Part shown: one piece after another, positions 62,640 through 64,000 of the stretch
How the letters are laid out: each line of letters begins with the position of its first letter
Position numbering within the stretch: position 1 is the first letter of the stretch
Assembly: GCA_043228905.1 (NCBI GenBank)
Contig: JBHGNT010000001.1
Span: 28,520,001-28,584,000 of the forward strand
Origin: Azolla caroliniana
Taxonomy: Eukaryota; Plantae; Polypodiophyta
Length of the DNA: 64,000 nucleotides
Direction: 5' to 3'
Notes under the pieces: generated by a model
Told to the model about the DNA's origin: nothing
Databases searched by the model: none
What the model saw: only the letters and a program-made list of their open reading frames with translations
Translations under genes and position numbers: made by a program

Positions 62640-64000
62640 GAGCATGAACAACAACTATGAAAGTTGGTTGCATGTGTCAATAGTGTCAAAATGGTATGTC
62701 CGGGACGAGCAATGTATAATGCCTCTTGGGTTATATGTCAAGCAAATTACCCACATCGCCATTATATACACTATAATACAATTGTTGGAAAGGATCAGCC
62801 TTGTGCAAAAAAGTTTTTACTGTGTCCGAGTCTTCGGGCACCGCTAGCTCTTTTCCTTTCGTCATTCGCTTTTCGTACTTGGCTCGTTCCAAATGGGTGA
62901 TGAATGCACATTTTCTCGACAACTTATTGATGGGTCTATATGCCAAAAATGGGTTGCTTGCAGAAGCAAAGGCTATCTTTGACTCTATGCAATCACGAAA
63001 TTTGGTTTCGTGGAACACTCTCATCACTGGATATGCTGAAAATGGACTTGGCATGGAGTCAACCAGATGTTTTCTTCACATGCAGCTTGATAAAACTCTT
63101 CCAGATGCAACCACATTTGTTGCTAGCTTGAAGGCTTGCAGCAGCATCAAGGACTCCACCAGAGGACAGAGAAATGCATTCCCTTATTACTAAAAGAGGA
63201 CTTGACCTAGCCCTTCATGTGGGCAACAGTCTGGTAGAGATGTATGTTAAATGTGGTTCCTTAGTTGAGGCACGGTGTGTATTTAATCTTGTGCCAGCAC
63301 ATACCACGGTATCATGGAACACTATTATCACAGGCTTGTTTGACCATGGGCTCAGTGCAGAAGTGTTGAAATGCATGGAGGACATGGAACATGAGGACAT
63401 TTCATTGGATGCTACCACCTATGTTTGTTGCTTGCAGATATGTAGCAATGCTAAATTCAATGAAAGGGCCCATAAACTACATGTTGAGATTGTTATGACA
63501 GGTTTGGATGGCCATCCTTTCATCGGGAGTTCATTAGTGGATATGTATGCCTTGTTGAGGCGCAGAAGATATTTGATTTATTGCCTCTTAGAAATGTTGT
63601 TACATGGACAACCCTCATCTCAGGTTATGCTGAATATGGGCTCATCATTGAAGCTTTAGAATGCTTAGAAAATATGCTTTTTGATGGCATATTACCTAAT
63701 GCAATCACTTATGCATGTGCATTTAAAGCTTGCAGCAACATTTCAGCTTTGAGCAAAGGCTAGGAACTATATATTCAGACTACCAAAGAGGGGTTTCCAT
63801 ATGACATAAATGGCTCTCCAACATGCATAGATGAAGATGTGAGAGTACTTACAAATACAATCATTGCCATGTATGGAAAATGTGGGATCATGGCAGATGC
63901 TCATAAGGTGTTTGATGAAATGCATTAATGTCAGGCCATGCACAATGTGGAGCATGTGGAAGTGTTTCATCTCTTTCATGAGGTCACAAATCAAAGCATA
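62640..64000 (+). pseudogene. PLS-class PPR pseudogene (frameshifted, runs off the window)
   Basis: NLLMGLYAKNGLLAEAKAIFDSMQSRNLVSWNTLITGYAENG, VGNSLVEMYVKCGSLVEARCVF and RNVVTWTTLISGYAEYG, in different frames with stops. Confidence 0.88.

Overview
Plant nuclear DNA. A fern or other seed-free vascular plant is my inference from the retroelement families and the PLS-PPR relics. There are two apparently intact genes, both on the minus strand: a 6-exon ARM-like, probably mitochondrial protein (7897-4340) and an intronless, GC-rich purine permease (41616-40270). Between them sits a 21-kb nest of LTR retrotransposons (10965-32007) that can be resolved base by base using target-site duplications (TSDs). 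The outer Ty1/copia element A contains solo LTR B, a filler patch of LTR fragments, solo LTR D and element C. C contains a young copia element E, and E contains its sibling F. Element C is the most unusual object. It has a tRNA-Trp primer-binding site (PBS), a 4-bp palindromic TSD and no recognisable PR/RT/RNaseH/integrase. Once E is excised, its interior is one ~1,135-codon frame (Gag-like N-terminus plus a long repetitive low-complexity region) broken only by three point stops. F has its PBS fused to mid-gag through a 7-bp microhomology but keeps an uninterrupted 1,190-aa pol frame. The rest of the window is AT-rich decayed sequence: LINE and copia relics, a DDT-PHD (PTM-like) pseudogene and two PPR pseudogenes.
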